From Azolla caroliniana (taxonomy: Eukaryota; Plantae; Polypodiophyta), in the NCBI GenBank assembly GCA_043228905.1, contig JBHGNT010000015.1, positions 19,034,001 through 19,098,000 on the forward strand: a stretch of DNA of 64,000 nt, in the 5' to 3' direction. Shown one piece after another: positions 62,652 to 64,000 of the stretch (position 1 is the stretch's first letter; each line of letters opens with the position of its first letter). Both the position numbers and the translations under genes were made by a program. The notes under the pieces were generated by a model that saw only the letters and a list, made by a program, of their open reading frames with translations, had not been told where the DNA came from and did not search any database.

Positions 62652-64000
62652 ATGGAGAATCAACAAGAGGCGATGAACATGATGATGATAATGTTTGAGC
62701 GGATGCAACAAGAACAACGTGCGATGTCGGAGATGAAGGCGGCAGTAGAGCGGCTTCTGCGACGAAACGGGGAATTCAACGGTAAGGGTGTGTCACGCTA
62801 CCTACGTGAATATAAGGCGGAGATGATGCAATATCGGATACCGGAAGGATTGCAAGTGATATCCTTTAGTCGGGTGGCCTCGGACGAACTACAAGAGAGA
62901 ATCCACAAGATACAACAACAAAACTCGACATGGGAGTCCTTTGAAGAAGCTTTACGGGAGGCATATGACTATGAGAGATGGACGGGACGAGATCGACGAG
63001 AATTCGACGAATGGGTGGCGTCGGAGAAGACTCACCGAAGTGCAACGCAAGCGTTCCTAGAGTTCGAGCATCGTTTTGCTCGACTCTCGGAGCGGGAACG
63101 AAGATTGGTGGGAGGAGATAAAGTCTTAATGTTCGTAAGATCGATCGATCGGAAAGAAAGGATGGACATTGGGATCGAACTCGAAGATGATGACGGTGCG
63201 AACGGTCTTACCGAGGATTGGGCCAAAGTCGAAAGGGTATGCCGAAGACATGATGAAAGGAAGCTGAGAATCTCGTCAACAACGACATGGCCCATGAAGG
63301 ATGGTCGATTGAGGAAAAACGATGAAGCCGATATGAAGGCCGAAATACAACATGATGGTGCGACGGAAGAGGGTGTAAAACAAGCTACCCTCTTGTCTTG
63401 TGAAAGAACGATGGCGAAGGATAAGGCCGATAATTCAAGTGTAGAAGGAAATTTCGGGATACAAGTGCCCGAGACATCGGGTCAAAAAGGGGTAAGCATA
63501 ATAGATGTTTGCATAATTGATGCAGATAAAGAGTGTGAAGCGGATGTGATTAAGGAGGTAGCCACAAAAGACGAAATCGAATCGGAGGTGGCTATGGACG
63601 AATCAATGGCGGATTGCCATATCGAGACTTCCCCACCACTGATTCCAGAGACTCCGGCGGTTGCGATCGAAAGGCAACGTGAGACCGAAGAGACGGAAGG
63701 TGGCGGAGAGAAAACGAATGTCGAAGCCGACGAATACGATGAAGAGATAGCCGAGAAGAATGCTAAGGGTGAAACTACGAAAGAAGGTAATACCGAGGAT
63801 TCATGCCAACAATATCTAGAGACTTCGGCGGTTGTGTCCGAGAACCAACGTGAGACCGGAGAGACGGGAGATGGCGGCGAGGAAGGTAAAGTCGGAAGTC
63901 GGTTCGGATGGAAAATGATCCATCCGAAATTCCAATCTAAAAGAAAGTGCGACAATGCGGAGGTCGGGTCTACGACGGGAGAAGCGCGTAATACAGAGCA
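62652..64000 (+). CDS. Gag-like ORF, open to the window end (>=449 codons)
   Basis: Manual translation MENQQEAMNMMMIMFERMQQ...FNGKGVSRYLREYKAEM...TWESFEEALREAY...FVRSID..., then a long acidic low-complexity tract. No stop codon in the window. Confidence 0.75.
   Translation, partial: MENQQEAMNMMMIMFERMQQEQRAMSEMKAAVERLLRRNGEFNGKGVSRYLREYKAEMMQYRIPEGLQVISFSRVASDELQERIHKIQQQNSTWESFEEALREAYDYERWTGRDRREFDEWVASEKTHRSATQAFLEFEHRFARLSERERRLVGGDKVLMFVRSIDRKERMDIGIELEDDDGANGLTEDWAKVERVCRRHDERKLRISSTTTWPMKDGRLRKNDEADMKAEIQHDGATEEGVKQATLLSCERTMAKDKADNSSVEGNFGIQVPETSGQKGVSIIDVCIIDADKECEADVIKEVATKDEIESEVAMDESMADCHIETSPPLIPETPAVAIERQRETEETEGGGEKTNVEADEYDEEIAEKNAKGETTKEGNTEDSCQQYLETSAVVSENQRETGETGDGGEEGKVGSRFGWKMIHPKFQSKRKCDNAEVGSTTGEARNTE

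Larger units (their letters stand above)
61745..64000 (+). mobile_element. 5' part of an LTR retrotransposon (probably Ty3/gypsy-type): LTR 61745-62613, PBS 62618-62635, gag-like ORF
   Basis: TGTCGT...ACGACA inverted termini bound an 869-bp segment, followed closely by TGGTGAACCCGACGTGAA and a long ORF. The 3' LTR and pol lie outside the window, so the left LTR boundary is unconfirmed. Confidence 0.8.

Noticed and set aside
62532-63955. Minus-strand ORFs at the right edge
   Set aside because: Antisense shadows of the gag-like ORF and LTR end.

Overview
AT-rich, intron-containing land-plant nuclear DNA. A fern or other non-seed plant is my guess from gene and TE style only. Four spliced host genes can be assembled: a Nup98-like FG nucleoporin (+, 4.7-11.4 kb), TOUSLED kinase (-, 21.6-31.0 kb), PsbP (+, 46.1-49.1 kb) and a phi-class GST (+, 56.2-58.2 kb). 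A further ORF of unknown function runs off the left edge. Mobile DNA is abundant. (i) Two head-to-tail APE-RT-CCHC non-LTR retrotransposons sit inside a (TC)n microsatellite; in copy 1, ORF1 and an AUG-less ORF2 are in frame across a single TAG, and both copies share an RT motif-A D->N change. (ii) An apparently intact hAT transposon has 21-bp TIRs and an 8-bp TSD; two related MITEs and one unrelated hAT-type MITE also occur. (iii) There is a 5'-truncated L1-like LINE with a 10-bp TSD, and a copia RT remnant. (iv) At the right edge is the 5' end of an LTR retrotransposon with a tRNA-Trp primer-binding site and a tRNA-like A/B-box segment in its LTR. A five-unit tandem tRNA-Ser array with mixed CGA/TGA anticodons and no oligo-T terminators lies just upstream of that LTR. 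No CRISPR or prokaryotic system is present. Exon boundaries were read by eye and family assignments come from motif recognition, not database searches.
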